A stretch of DNA of 63,996 nt, the filler included, from Octopus bimaculoides (Eukaryota), in NCBI RefSeq assembly GCF_001194135.2. It is 6 parts of 5 records of this genome, joined end to end, with 100 filler letters (N's around TTAATTAATTAA, not from the genome) between each part and the next. Parts side by side here need not be neighbours in the genome. Positions count along the whole stretch, not along the records: positions 1 to 12,980 come from NC_068996.1; 5 more parts are not named here. The stretch is one strand, 5' to 3'. The position numbers were made by a program, and so were the translations under genes. Below are positions 1 through 12,059 of this stretch, piece by piece. The notes below the pieces were generated by a model. That model was not told the DNA's origin. It made no database searches and saw nothing but the letters and a program-made list of their open reading frames with translations. Within the stretch, counting starts at the first letter, position 1. Every line of letters starts with the position of its first letter.

Positions 1-262
1 GGCTCTTGTGTGGGTGGCACATAAAATGCACCATTTTGAGCGTGGCCGTTGCCAGTACCGCCTGACTGGCCTTCGTGCGGGTGACACGTAAAAGCACCCA
101 CTACACTCTCTGAATGGTTGGCGTTAGGAAGGGCATCCAGCTGTAGAAACTCTGCCAAATCAGATTGGAGCCTGGTGTAGCCATCTGGTTTCACCAGTCC
201 TCAGTCAAACCGTCCAACCCATGCTAGCATGGAAAGCGGACGTTAAACGATGATGATGATGA
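1..262 (+). mobile_element. Retroposon 3' end ('family A') with (GAT)n tail; RTE 3'UTR or a SINE sharing that tail
   Basis: ...catgctagcatggaaagcggacgttaaac(gat)n. The same sequence recurs at about 1500-1752 (+), 2013-2157 (-) and 12786-12980 (-). Confidence 0.8.
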
Positions 263-599
263 TTATGATGACACCAGTATTGAAAACAGCAACAATTTAA
301 TTCTCAAAAGAGAATAGAGTGAAAACTTGAAAAGTATTTCTTTTCTAAATTCCTTTTCAATCTTGGACTCAGTCATATTCATAGAATACCTCCTTTGTTT
401 ATTCCAGTTCAAGTATTCCATACCAATGGCAGAGAACTGATTTTATATATAATTAGTTTTGAGAAAACAATAATTCTGCCATAAATTTATGTAAGAGCCA
501 TTTAAGTACTTCAATATATTAATAAAAGTCATAGCTATTTTCCAAACCAGTCTAAATTCATAGTTTTCTGGAATTTAATTGAAACACATAGCTAATTGA

Positions 600-1752
600 A
601 ACATACAGTATTTTAATTAGAAATTTGTATGTGGAAGGTGCACAGGTACAATAAGCGCTGGAAATATGCAGAAAATAGACTCCATCAACTGTCACGGGGG
701 GAAAAGCGAGAGGCAGTAGGCAGCTTCCGTTATTTAGGTGACCAAGTTAGTAGTGGAGGTGGATGCTCCAAGAGTGTAGCTCTGAGAATGAGATTAGGCT
801 GGGCAAAGTTCAGAGAGCTACCCCTGCTGGCAGCAAAGGGCCTCTTTCTCTCGGAGTGAAAAGCAGATTGTTTGATGCCTGTATGTGAACAGCTATGCTG
901 CATGGCAGTGAAAATGAGCTATGACAGTTGAGGATAAACCTGAAAGTAATGAAGCCAGTATGCTTTGCTGGCTGTGCATTATCAATGTGCATGTGCAACA
1001 GAGAGTAAGCATCTTGGGAGAAAAGTCAGGCATAAGAGGAATCAGATGTGGTGTGCAAGAGAGATAACTGTGCTGGTATGGTCATGTGATGCATATGGAC
1101 AGCTATGTTAAGAAGTGCCGATCTCTAACTGTGGAGGGAACCTGCGGTAGAAGTAGACCCAGGAAGACATGGAATGAGGTGGTGAAGCATGATCTTCGAA
1201 CTTTGAGCCTCACAGAGGCAATGACTGGCGACCAAGACTTTTGGTGATGTGTTGTGCTTGAGAGGACCTGTCAAGCCAAGTGCACCCGTGCTGGTGGCAT
1301 ATAAAAAACATCCTTTGAATGTTCACAGAGGCAAAGTGGCTGAGTTCCTTTTGTGCGTTGGGCCTCACATAGGCAAAGTGACTGAGTTCCTTTCAAGTGT
1401 TGGGCTTCATGGAGGCAATAACCAGAATCTTTGGCATTATGTCGAGCTTGAGAAGAAGACCCATCAAGCCGAACAAAGTTGCAGTCGTGACAGATACTGG
1501 TATCACGCAAATTGGCGTCTGTGCCAGTGGAACGTAAACGCACCTTGGTGTCACACAAATGGCACCTGTGCCAGTGGCACGTAAAAGCACCCATTACACT
1601 CTGAGAGTGGTTGACGTTAGGAAGGACATCCAGCCATAGAAAACTATGCCACATCAGACTAGAGTCTGATGCAGCCTTCCAGTGTGCCAGCCCAGTCAAA
1701 CTGTACAACCCATGCCAACATGGAGAATGGACATTAAATGATGATGATGATG
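600..1752 (+). mobile_element. 5'-truncated, decayed RTE-clade LINE: RT C-terminus plus 3'UTR ending in the family-A tail
   Basis: Frames read FRYLGDQVSSGGGCSKSVALRMRLGWAKFREL, then RLFDAC..TAMLHGSE, then LCWYGHVM..GRPRKTW, with frameshifts and stops. (GAT)n tail at about 1740-1752. Confidence 0.75.
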
Positions 1753-2012
1753 AAATATAGTAGTAGAAGATTTAACTGTTTCTTTATTCCACTAAAATAA
1801 CTTATTGATATATAGGTGAAATATAATAATTAGATTTTGGGAAGTGGCTGCGCTATAAAATATAGGCCCCTGCTGTTATCTAAAATTTCAAGGCCTTTCA
1901 GAGTGGAAAGAATTTAAGAATGTCTAAAAACACACGCACATCCATGTACTGTATTTATTGTCATCACTCAAAAACATTTAATATCTAATATTTTGTTTTA
2001 TGTTTAAACCGG

Positions 2013-2157
2013 TCATCATCATCATCACCATTATCACCACCATTATCATCATCTAATGTCTGTTTTCCATGCTGGCATGGGTTGGCTGGTTTGATGAGAG
2101 CTGTCCAGGCTCCATGTCTATTTTGGCATGGTTTCTACAGCTGGATGCCTTTCCTAA
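2013..2157 (-). mobile_element. Family-A tail fragment, inverted relative to the 1500-1752 copy
   Basis: (CAT/CAC)n followed by tccatgctggcatgggttgg...tttctacagctggatgcctttcctaa, the diverged reverse complement of family A. Confidence 0.7.
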
Positions 2158-3162
2158 TGTTTTGTATTCTACTTGTTTTATATTCAAATCAGCCAGCTCC
2201 AGCCTCTCATACCTGCCCTACAATAAGCAATCTTGGAGTTATGAGATAATACATGATTAACTTAAAACAATGTAGATAAATAATCATTACATTTGGCAGA
2301 ATAATCTAAAATGCTTAGCCACAATATATATCAGTTTTTAGTCATGTGTAGTATATGTTTATATTGTAGATCATAATATATACTTCTGAATAGACATACA
2401 AAACATCTGAGGAAATATAAAACCATGAAATTGCTCTATAGAATTGTAGGCAGTAACTGGAAGAATGTAAAGAAACAATTCATTCCCATATAGAAAATTA
2501 GTCTAGTGTTTTATAGAGAAATAACAAGCAAGAAGAGTTTGCTAGAGATTTTCAGCAATATCATTATGCATGTTATATCATCAGTCCCTATACATTGTTA
2601 GTATATGACTCTAAGCAAGCCACCACAATGAAAACAAGCTATCAAAAGCAGACGAGACATGGTGACACTCACAGGACTTGAAGCAAAAATAGAGAATCAG
2701 ACCTATTTACATGCACTGCATGATACACTGTTAAATAAAATACACAATTAAATGAAAACAGACCTCCAACTAAATGGAGATCTGCTAAAAATTACATTTT
2801 AATGATGTTTTTATAGAGCAGTTGCCTATTATCTATAAATGCTAATGTTATATACAAAGATGCATACAGGCACATATTATTTAAAAAAAAATATTTATGG
2901 GTGAAAGGATCTATATATTCAACTCTTTGGTTAACTGGTTCAACAAAATTGTCCACAAGCCCTATCCATTTGCTCCCTGTTTAGCTGCCTGGTCTGTATA
3001 TGACATTATACTGAGATAATTTGGTTTGGAGCACAGTTTAGTAGTCTGAATCTAGTTTGGTATTTCACTATTCTGAATTCAAATTTATATGCATTGAGTT
3101 ATTTACCTTGTATGAAAAGGTAGTGGAATTCACTGAATTGATTGTATTTTATGTAATTTCAG

Positions 3163-3265
3163 CGGCTGGCTAAGCAACATCGAGCTGGCATCATTTCAGA
3201 AGGTGGTCCACCACCTTTTATACCATTTGGCCCAAGAATGACAAAATCACAGCTTGTCAGAACAG
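3163..3265 (+). CDS. TDRD3: TDRD3 internal exon A: RLAKQHRAGIISEGGPPPFIPFGPRMTKSQLVRT
   Basis: Acceptor taatttcAG at 3161-3162 and donor GTatct at 3266. The EGGPPPFxPFG motif follows the OB fold in TDRD3. Ends in phase 1, matching the next exon (G+AT = Asp). Confidence 0.85.
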
Positions 3266-3726
3266 GTATCTTACCAATTTATTTATATAATTTTATTACT
3301 TTATTGCTATGTAAAGCTTTATTCTTGTGACAATGGTAGTACGACATGTATATAGTATACAGTTAAGAGTGGCCTCCAATTACTGTTCAATTGCTCAAAG
3401 TGACAAGAATTTTTTTCATGTTTTGAAAATAATGCATTCAGTAAATGAAGACAAATATTTCCTGTTTCTATATATTTTCTTCTTGACGTTTGAAATATTT
3501 CTTATTTTTGGATAACAATCTGCTCAACATTTGTTTCCATTATTACTACTACTAATGAAAGAAGTCACTTTAATAATAAAGAACTGAAATGTAAACACAG
3601 ACCTGATTTTTTTTTGTGTGTATAAACCTTATTGGTAGTCAGTGTAAGTTGATTTAATTGAGGATGGTAATATCATCTTAGGGAAACTTAAAGTTTATGG
3701 TTTATTTTGTATTTTATTGCTTTTAG

Positions 3727-3863
3727 ATAATTTCAAATCTCTTGAAGTTTCTAAAGAAAAGAAAGAGAGTGAAGAATTTGTAAATCAGCGGAAAGCTACC
3801 ATTGCAGAAGCTGTTCAGGCAAAAGAAGAGGGGAAAATAAAAACTTTTGGTGGCAACAAGCAA
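3727..3863 (+). CDS. TDRD3: TDRD3 internal exon B: DNFKSLEVSKEKKESEEFVNQRKATIAEAVQAKEEGKIKTFGGNKQ
   Basis: Acceptor ttgcttttAG and donor GTatgc at 3864. Resembles the TDRD3 segment EF.KQR.A.IAE....KTFGG. Phase 1 in, phase 0 out. Confidence 0.85.
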
Positions 3864-4849
3864 GTATGCTTCGACTTACTTTTTCTTCTCTCATTCACTT
3901 TGGTAGTTTTGAAATTGAATTGTCAGGATCCATGCTCAAATATCATCAGTTCAAATTACACTATAAGCTATAATGTTGGATTATTTTAGGCAACATGTAT
4001 AGAAATAAGTCTCTCACTGATAAATCACAGCTGAACAGTAGGCATTAAGAAAGAAGCATTGAGTTATATAAATACTTTTCATACAAATTGCTTAATTTCC
4101 AGAACCACTAAAAATAAGCTTAATTTATCTAAGTTTTTCAACTGTGTCTAGAACTGTTATTCTTTTGAACATAATTTTTTTTTTTTCTGTAAAGTTTCAT
4201 TCTTTACTCTCATGACTTATGAACCCTCATTCTGTAAACTGATTGTTATTGCATGTTACTCCGAGCTATTGTTATATAAAGCAATAATTAATTGATGTCA
4301 GTCTCAACCACAGCCCTTTTCTATGATTCCTATTTCTGTAGGTTCTCTTGTATGAATATTTAGTTGTCTTAGAATTATAAAATATTAGTGGTTATTTTTC
4401 AATTGTTATTTCTTCTGCTGTTTATAAATCAGTCTGTTAAATTTTGCTAATTCTGTCCTCTGCATAAAAAAATTATTTTTAATATACTGCAAATGCAATT
4501 TAAACACTTAGATACAAAAATTGCTACTGGTCCCAAAATAAAGCTGTGCCAGAAAGCGACTCCAACGTAATTTGTCTTGCGCAATCTTCTATATTAATAA
4601 AAGCGAACTTCTGTCTGTCTGGGAACCCTGTATCTCAGTCTACATTTGCTCTACATAGGCATATTATACCGTTTTGGAATCAGGATGATCCCAGTATTGA
4701 AAATCTGCCCTTCATTTGGTTCTTGAACATTCAGCATTGGGATCTGATTTAAAAGTATTTGGGTTGCTATCTCTAGAAGCTAAAGCAACTGTGAGACGTA
4801 CAAGAGTTACCTCCCTTAGGTTTTGCTAAAGAATTTACTGATTCTTTTA

Positions 4850-5110
4850 TCTTTTTCAGTCATTAGACTGTAGCCACACTGGGACACCACACTGAAGAAT
4901 TTTAATCAAATTGACATCAGTTCTTTCTTTTTTATGCCTGGTACTTTTTTATTGGCCTCTTTTACCAAACTGCCAAGTTACATCAAAGTAAACCCAGCAA
5001 CACCAGTTATCAAGCAATAGTGGGAAACAAACAGACACAAAGTCACAATACACACATACACACGCACATATGTATGTATATATATGTGTGTGTGTGTGTG
5101 TATATATATA
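4850..5110 (-). mobile_element. Decayed 3' part of SINE 'family C'
   Basis: cagtcattagactgtagccacactgggacaccac is a reverse-complement match to the tail (g)gtgctccagcatggccgcagtc(a/t)aatgactgaaac seen at about 62170 and 16830. Confidence 0.55.
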
Positions 5111-5148
5111 TGTATGTATGTATGTATGTATATAATACAATATAGTTA

Positions 5149-6381
5149 TTAGGTTGTCAAGGAAGTTCTTACAGTTTTTAACCTTTAAATTCAGATGCTC
5201 ATATCTCAACTCAAACAAAACTTTGTTAATCGAAATAAATACCATCAGAATCAACACACTTTTGCCAATGTGAAACAAGTTTATTTATGCCAGTAACGTA
5301 AAAATTCTGCGTTCTGGTGATGATGAAGTCATTGAAGGCATGTTTGGCATCGTCTTGGTTTTTGAAGCATTTCTCACGCAGGAAGTTATCGAGATGCTTG
5401 AAAAAGTGGTGGTCGGTTGAGTATGGTGGATAAGGCAGAGTTTCGTCGCCCAATTCGTTCAACTTCTGCGGGGTCAGTTGTGCGACGTGCGGCTGAGTGT
5501 TGTCGTGGAGAAGAATTGATCCTTTTATATTGACCAATGCTGGCTGTTGTTGTCGGAGTTTCTCATGGATTTCATCCATTTGCTGACAGTACTTCTCCAC
5601 CGTAATGGTTTCGCCTGGATCCAAAAAGCTGTGATGGATGAAACCAGCCGGAGACTACCAAACAATCACCATGACCTTCTTTTGGTGCAACTTTGGCTTC
5701 GGAAAGTGCTGTGGAGTTTCTTCAGTGTCCAACCACTAAGCCAAGTGTCGCTGGTTGTTGTAAAGAATCCACTTTTCATCGCAAGTCACAATCCAGTCAA
5801 GAAACGGGTTGTTCTTGTTGTGTAAAAGAAGGGAAGACCACTTCAAAACGGCGTTTTTTTTAGTTGTTGTTCAATTTCTCAAGTATTTTTGATTTTCCAA
5901 TCTCTTTCAAGTGGTTGGAAATTGTCGTATATGTTACGTCTAATTCAGAAGCAAGCTCTCAAACAGTTGTGCATGGATTGGCTTCGACTAAGGCTCTTAG
6001 TTGATCGTTGTCAACATCCGATGGCTGACCACTACGCTTATCATCTACAAGGCTCTCGTCACTGGTACGAAATTTCTTGAACCACCAATGTGCTGTACAT
6101 TCATTAGTGGTTCCTGAGTCAAATGCATTGTTGATATTGCGAGCTATTTCAGCAGCTTTTCGACCTAGCTTGAACTGGAATAAGAAAACTGTGTGAATTT
6201 GCTTTTTGCCCATGTTGTATTCAATGTTCTGGAAAAATGGCCTAATTATTCGAAAAGAGTAACACAATTAGATAGAGCGGAAAACGGGCTTTAAAATGAT
6301 ATATAAAGTCAAAGTAATTTAACAAAAATTAATTTGAAAATATATCATTTAAAACCAAAAATTAAAAATTCCACAACCTAA
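5149..6381 (-). mobile_element. Full-length-size mariner DNA transposon (Hsmar1/SETMAR-like), about 1.23 kb, in the TDRD3 intron
   Basis: Ends TA|TTAGGTTGT (5147-5157) and ACAACCTAA|TA (6373-6383): matching terminal bases plus a TA target duplication. Contains an internal transposase remnant. Confidence 0.9.
5226..6213 (-). pseudogene. Mariner transposase pseudogene
   Basis: MGKKQIHTVFLFQFKLGRKAAEIARNINNAF...WFKKFR (HTH) through LLHDNTQPH...YPPYSTDHHFFKHLDNFL...WQKCVDSDGIYFD. The frame is broken, and the YSPDL motif carrying the third catalytic Asp appears deleted (PYSTD). Confidence 0.88.
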
Positions 6382-6889
6382 TATTTTTTGGGGGTTGGGG
6401 TTGTTTGTGTGTGTTTCTGTATTTCCCTCAACATAAAGACAACACAACACATTTTAAGAAAAGGCTTTCACTGTGAACAATTTATGAAGGTATGTGCATC
6501 TTTAAAAATATTTTTACTGGCAGCATAGCAATGGTTAACAACCTAGCTTACATTAGCAACTGAGGATAGCATTTTCATGTTTAATTGCTAGCTTATGTTC
6601 TAAGTCTAGCAGATGGGGCATTTAACTCTTGTCACTTCTTGATTCCTTTTGATAATTCCCATTCACTGTGAATATAAAATCTTTATATGATCGTTCCTTG
6701 CAATCACAAACTTTTCCAACCTTTCCCATTCAGGCAATGTTGTCCGTACCTTTAACTGCTCCTTCTTTTCTACTGAGTTCTATTAGTAAACCAACAGTGT
6801 ATTCCAGTTATGCCAACCACCTCATGATCCTTTTGAAGCTCAGATGTTTATCCAATATCACCAGAATTGAGCTGTCATTATATGGATTA

Positions 6890-7000
6890 CTGTATGTTGT
6901 CGTCATCGCTGCTGCTGCCTTCCTCTTCGTCTTCGTCCTCCTCCTCTTCGTCTTCGTCCTCCTCCTCTTCGTCTTCGTCCTCTTCGTCCTCCTCCTCGGA
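6890..7000. repeat. Compound (TCC/TCG/TCT)n trinucleotide repeat with a roughly 21-bp higher-order unit
   Basis: ctcttcgtcttcgtcctcctc units repeated, seen directly. Confidence 0.9.
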
Positions 7001-7623
7001 TGAACCCATATCCTACAGCAACAGTTTCTACTCAGTTTTGAAATTTATCATTAACATGTCCAACACATCTATCGTTTTTCTCTTCCTCTTTGTCATTATT
7101 GGCAACCCTCACATTTACACCTCTGTGCATTAAAAATTAACTGACTTACACTCCTACCTTGTCTAAAAACAGCTATTTCTTTCTGTATTTTTTTTTTTAT
7201 TCCATCCTGTTTTATGGTCGTGTTCAGGCTGTTTGTTGTTCATGAGGATCTTGCTTAGAAAACAGGTGAAAGGTGTTAACAGAATGGGCATCTGGCAATA
7301 GAAAATCTGCTTCTAGAAAATTGGTCTGACCCATGCGAGCATAGAAAAGTGCACATTAAAATGATAATAATGATGATCAAATACATACACATTATCAGCT
7401 TCCAAGTTACACACATGACTGATAGACTGAAGCTCTCATGCATAGCACTTATCAAACTATTTTGATCCTCACTCCTTGGGATAAATTACAAGGTTTCTTT
7501 CAGGAATTTTCAACCTAAAAATATTTCATCTCTCTTCTTTTTCCATACATTTCAGTAGTGTATTTTATTTGTTTGAGTTTTCTCATGCAACAAATATACT
7601 CTTTATTTTAAATTTGATTTCAG

Positions 7624-7855
7624 GCTCTTAATGATAAAGATGTGGCACGCTTGGTTGAGATGGGCTTTGTTACAGAACAAGCTTGCCAAGCTTTACGCCA
7701 AAACAATGGCAATGTGAACCAAGCTATTGTTTTTTTACTTGGCAAATCTGGACCTGGTGGAAGAGATGGCAGAGGAGGGAATTTATCTAATTCTACAGGA
7801 GGCCAATTAAAGAACACTGCAAAACTGGGTGGTGAAAAACCAGAAAAGTTCCATG
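7624..7855 (+). CDS. TDRD3: TDRD3 internal exon C, UBA domain: ALNDKDVARLVEMGFVTEQACQALRQNNGNVNQAIVFLL...EKFH
   Basis: Acceptor tgatttcAG at 7622-7623. Canonical UBA signature (MGF...ALR.NNGN...AI..LL). Donor GTacat at 7856 gives phase 1, compatible with exon D. The exact donor is less certain than the acceptor. Confidence 0.85.
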
Positions 7856-10224
7856 GTACATAAAATTATATATTTTTTTTGAATATTTTTGCAGTTATGT
7901 GAAGTCTTGGAGTGGATTGACCCTTTTGTTAATATATTTCTAACTCTGCAATGTGTTTCAATTAAATTCTAAAATAAGTAAGAATTTAAATTTGTTTGAT
8001 AAAAAAACTTCAACTTTTTTCACTTATTTATTGACACATTGTGGTTTTTGAAACACTAGCTTAAAAGAAGATTTCTAAATTTGTTACATAATTTTGTCTC
8101 AAATTGTCTCTATTTACAGGTAAATTTAGTAAAAATTTAAAATAATTAAAATTTTGTTTAAGTATTTTCATAGAAAATGAGTTAGCAAATATTCTGGAAA
8201 TACAACAAAATAGTAACATAGAAGAATTGTGTGAATTAGTGTATTTTTAATAAATGCACTTAAAACAAGTGTAATATAAATGTAAAATTGAACGGAAAAA
8301 ATGCTGGAGTTTATGATTAAAGGAAAGTACAAAATGAAATAAATTCACATACACATGACAATCAAAAAGTATATTCCTATACACACACATAACTAAATGA
8401 AATAAACAGACACAAATACAATGAGTCACAAAAATAAATTAAAAGTTGTCATTGATCTTACAAGTAATTTAAAATTTACTGGTAATTAGAATAAATAGAT
8501 AGAACAAGGTTAATTTGAAATTGTACTTTAAAATCATATTACACACACATATATGTGTACGTAATAATATACCTACCTATCTACTTACCAACCTACCACC
8601 ATTTATTACCTAGTATATCAACCAAGTAATAACGCATCATTTGAGTCATTTGGTTTATCAATGAATTTGTAATTGTTGTGATCGCAGTTCGCAATTATGT
8701 GCCTTTTCCATTCACCTGTGATTGAGTATAATCTTTGTATGTAATCATTAATAAATTTTTCTGCCATTCAATTATTTCACCTCTTGCAAGTTACATTGTT
8801 CTCGCTGCTTCTAAATCTGCCATATGTTTGGTTGAACTGATAAACCTGTCAAAAAAGAAGATGTGATCCTTGTTATGGTATGGAAGTATTAATTTCCTAA
8901 TCACATTGTACTCTAGGCTATGCTGGCTTGCATTATTGTTTTGTTTTCCTATATAAAAATTAAACCCACAGCAATATCTGGCATATTTGCTTCACATATT
9001 TTCCAAACTTTGATGCCCTATTTTGCAGGTTTACCTGGCATATACTGTCAGAAACTTGACCTTTATATCACTCCATATCTTCATCAGTTGATAGTCGTCA
9101 TTCTGATTTGTGTAATATCTTTTATAAGTGCTTTAAACACTGAAGAAGAGAGCTAGATTTAAATAAGTAATCATAATTTTTTTCCCTACTTATTGTTGTA
9201 CTCCTAGTGTCTCATATGTGCAAGCATTCAGATAATTTCAGAAAGCACATCTATGTCATAATACTAAAAATATACAGGTCATTGACTGAATGGTCCAGTA
9301 ATTTGTAATCCTGGACAGCACTTCCTAATGCACATAATGTTTATTTCAGAAATGCCCAAATTTCTTTCTGATATGTAGGAGACCACAAACTATATATGGT
9401 TTGTAATGAAAATACTTTTAAAATTTGAAAATCCTTACTCTATTCTCTTTCTGGTAGAAACTTACCACTTTTGTTATCAGAGCTGTCATCAGAATCATTA
9501 CTTTCATTATTAGAAATGAAAATATTCAATTCCCCATCATGCATACAGTTATGCTTGTATATTTCATTTGATTTTTCAAAAATCCTTCAGATTCTGAATC
9601 ATTACTTGTAAGTGTGAAACTGGTATTCAGTTTTGCAGTTGTAAAAAGCTGCAGAAAATGTAACCATTATAATGTTGGAAAAATATCAAAAAAATTGGGG
9701 GACTCAATGTCAAACACTTCATAACAATTGTTTACTTAATGAGGCTATGTATTTTCACTAATGTACTAACAAAATTTGCTTTGAAATTCTTATTTGAATA
9801 TAAATAAGTTATTTTTGGTCAGTTTATAAACCCCAAAAATTATCAGGCAGCTTTGGGCTGGTTGGTAACAAAAATGGTTAATTGATATTATAATTATGTT
9901 CTGTTTGGGGAGAGCCACACTCACCAGTTTCATTTTGACTCATTATTTATATTTTTCTTCCAAAATTTTCATTGCTTTTGCAACCTTGTCATTGGATGCT
10001 GATCCTGTTTGTTAAATAAATGAATGGAAATTGAACTGGTGAGTGCGTTAGATAAGGCATTAAGACAATATGACTCACTCCAGACTCGACATAGTTTTCT
10101 TCAACACACGAGTTCACAAGAAGAATCTTGCAAACTCGATACAAAAATGAAGATATTATAATGTTAGCAATTTGAAACCAAGATCCAATTGACTTTGGTT
10201 TATCAATTTTAATAATTCCTGAAA

Positions 10225-10545
10225 CTCTGTTGATTACAATGATGAGGGTTCCAATTGCTCCAATAAATGGAACAGCCTGCTCGTGAAATTAACTTGCAAG
10301 TAGCTGAGCACTCCACAGACATGCATGCCATTAATGTAGTTCTCAGGGAGACTCAGCATGACAAAGAATATGATAAGGCTGGCCCTTTGAAATACAAGTA
10401 TTACTCATTTTTGCCAGCTGAGTGGACTGGAGCAACATAACATAAAGTATCTTGCTCAAGGACACAACATGCCATCAAGAATCGAACTCAGAACCTTATG
10501 ATTGTGAGCCAAATACCCTAACCATTAAGCCATGCACCTTCACCT
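10225..10545 (-). mobile_element. tRNA-derived SINE ('family D')
   Basis: The minus strand starts ggtgcatggcttaatggttagg (A-box-like), then gagttcgattc (B-box-like), then tgtgtccttgagcaag (CORE-like motif). Confidence 0.7.
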
Positions 10546-10964
10546 TAATAATAAAAATAATTTACATATAACAATTGTACAAGACGCATGTTACAAAGAA
10601 CCATTATTAATGAAACAGAAAATATATGGCTTAGCCATCTTGATGGGATTAAACTTAAACCTTAAGAGACAAATGAATAGTGAAAGATATTTAATCCAAA
10701 GTTATAATGTTTCTACTATTCAGTTAAAGAATAACTTAATAATTATTTGTAGGATGGTACACTAAATTCTTTACAGTATATACTTATATTCCTCCATGCT
10801 CCAAGGTCAAATCATACTATGGTCAAGTTTTGTCTTTCATCTTGCTTGTTCAATAAAACAAGCATCAATATTATTATACTGGCATTTATCTCTATTACTT
10901 TAAATGAAAGTGGCTTTGTGTCTGTGTGAGAAACTGTTATTATTACTGTTATTATTTTTATTGA

Positions 10965-11510
10965 GTGAGAAAGTAGTGCATGATATCAAAGTGACACTGG
11001 AGTAAAATATACAAAGCCCAGTATACCCATCATGGCTACCCGTCTGATAAGGGTACACCAGGCACATGCATCACAACCATATGTGCATGACATGGTGTTC
11101 TCATATCAAGTTAAACAGCGCATGACCTCACAGGTGGGACCCAGTTAGAATTTTCTTCAGGTTGAGTAGTCCATCTTGCTCAAAATGTCCCTGAATAAGG
11201 TTTGTTTAAGGAAACACCCATGTTTCCAGAGGTGAATTATTCAAACCCCAAAGAATTCCTCTCAACATATGGCTATGCTGTTCCCTCACTACTTCAGGTT
11301 GTGATCAGAGATGTACATATCATCAGTCACCAAGGGACATGCTCAACTGGTTAAGGCCAAGCAACTGACAAGCAAATCTGTGGTATTGAGCAGAATATTT
11401 GCTGTAGCCCATCTTTTATACCAAGGCAAGACAATGTACATGATAACACTTCCAATCAGTTAAGATCAGAAGCCATGAGAGCCACTGCCTGGTACTGCAT
11501 CAGGGCATTT
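10965..11510. repeat. Unclassified, apparently non-coding interspersed element bounded by (TTA)-rich tracts
   Basis: A more GC-balanced block of about 550 bp in an AT-rich intron, with tta/tca repeats at both edges. Repeat status is inferred, as no second copy is in the window. Confidence 0.4.
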
Positions 11511-11607
11511 ATTATCATCATCATCATTATTATCATTATTATAAGACTGCCTGTTTTAATTACAGTCAATTTTCTAACTTCTGTGATTATATTTGCTTTC
11601 TTTTTAG

Positions 11608-11733
11608 GCCGAGAGAAAAAAGGCCGAAAGAATAAAGAAGACAAAGAAAATGGAAATGAAGATGTTCCTAGTCGGCCATCGGGTCCGGCTACATTGTTTG
11701 ATTATCTAGAAACTAAGATACCTATAAAAGAAG
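11608..11733 (+). CDS. TDRD3: TDRD3 internal exon D: GREKKGRKNKEDKENGNEDVPSRPSGPATLFDYLETKIPIKE
   Basis: Acceptor gctttctttttAG and donor GTtagt at 11734. RPSGPATLFDYLE resembles the conserved TDRD3 motif RPSAPSTLFDFLE located after the UBA domain. Confidence 0.85.
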
Positions 11734-12059
11734 GTTAGTTTGTTTCACTTCAGTCCTTATTATATCACAAATTATGAAAATTTCAATTAATAATTTTTCA
11801 TCATTATTGTTACATATTGTTGATAGAAAAACTGTTTTTTTCCCCTTCTTTTTGTCATTTTTGTTCATCTTTATTTCAAAAACTATTTGGTTATTTATGT
11901 TGCAAATAAGCAAGTTATTAAAAATTTAATGAATCCAATTTACTTTTATTTGCTTCCGAATCTTGACACTGCCATATCTGATTTTTTCCCCCAAACTTTT
12001 TAAGGCTGATAGGTCTCTGTAATTCTCATTTTCTAGTTTCATCAGTTCTGAAACAATAG

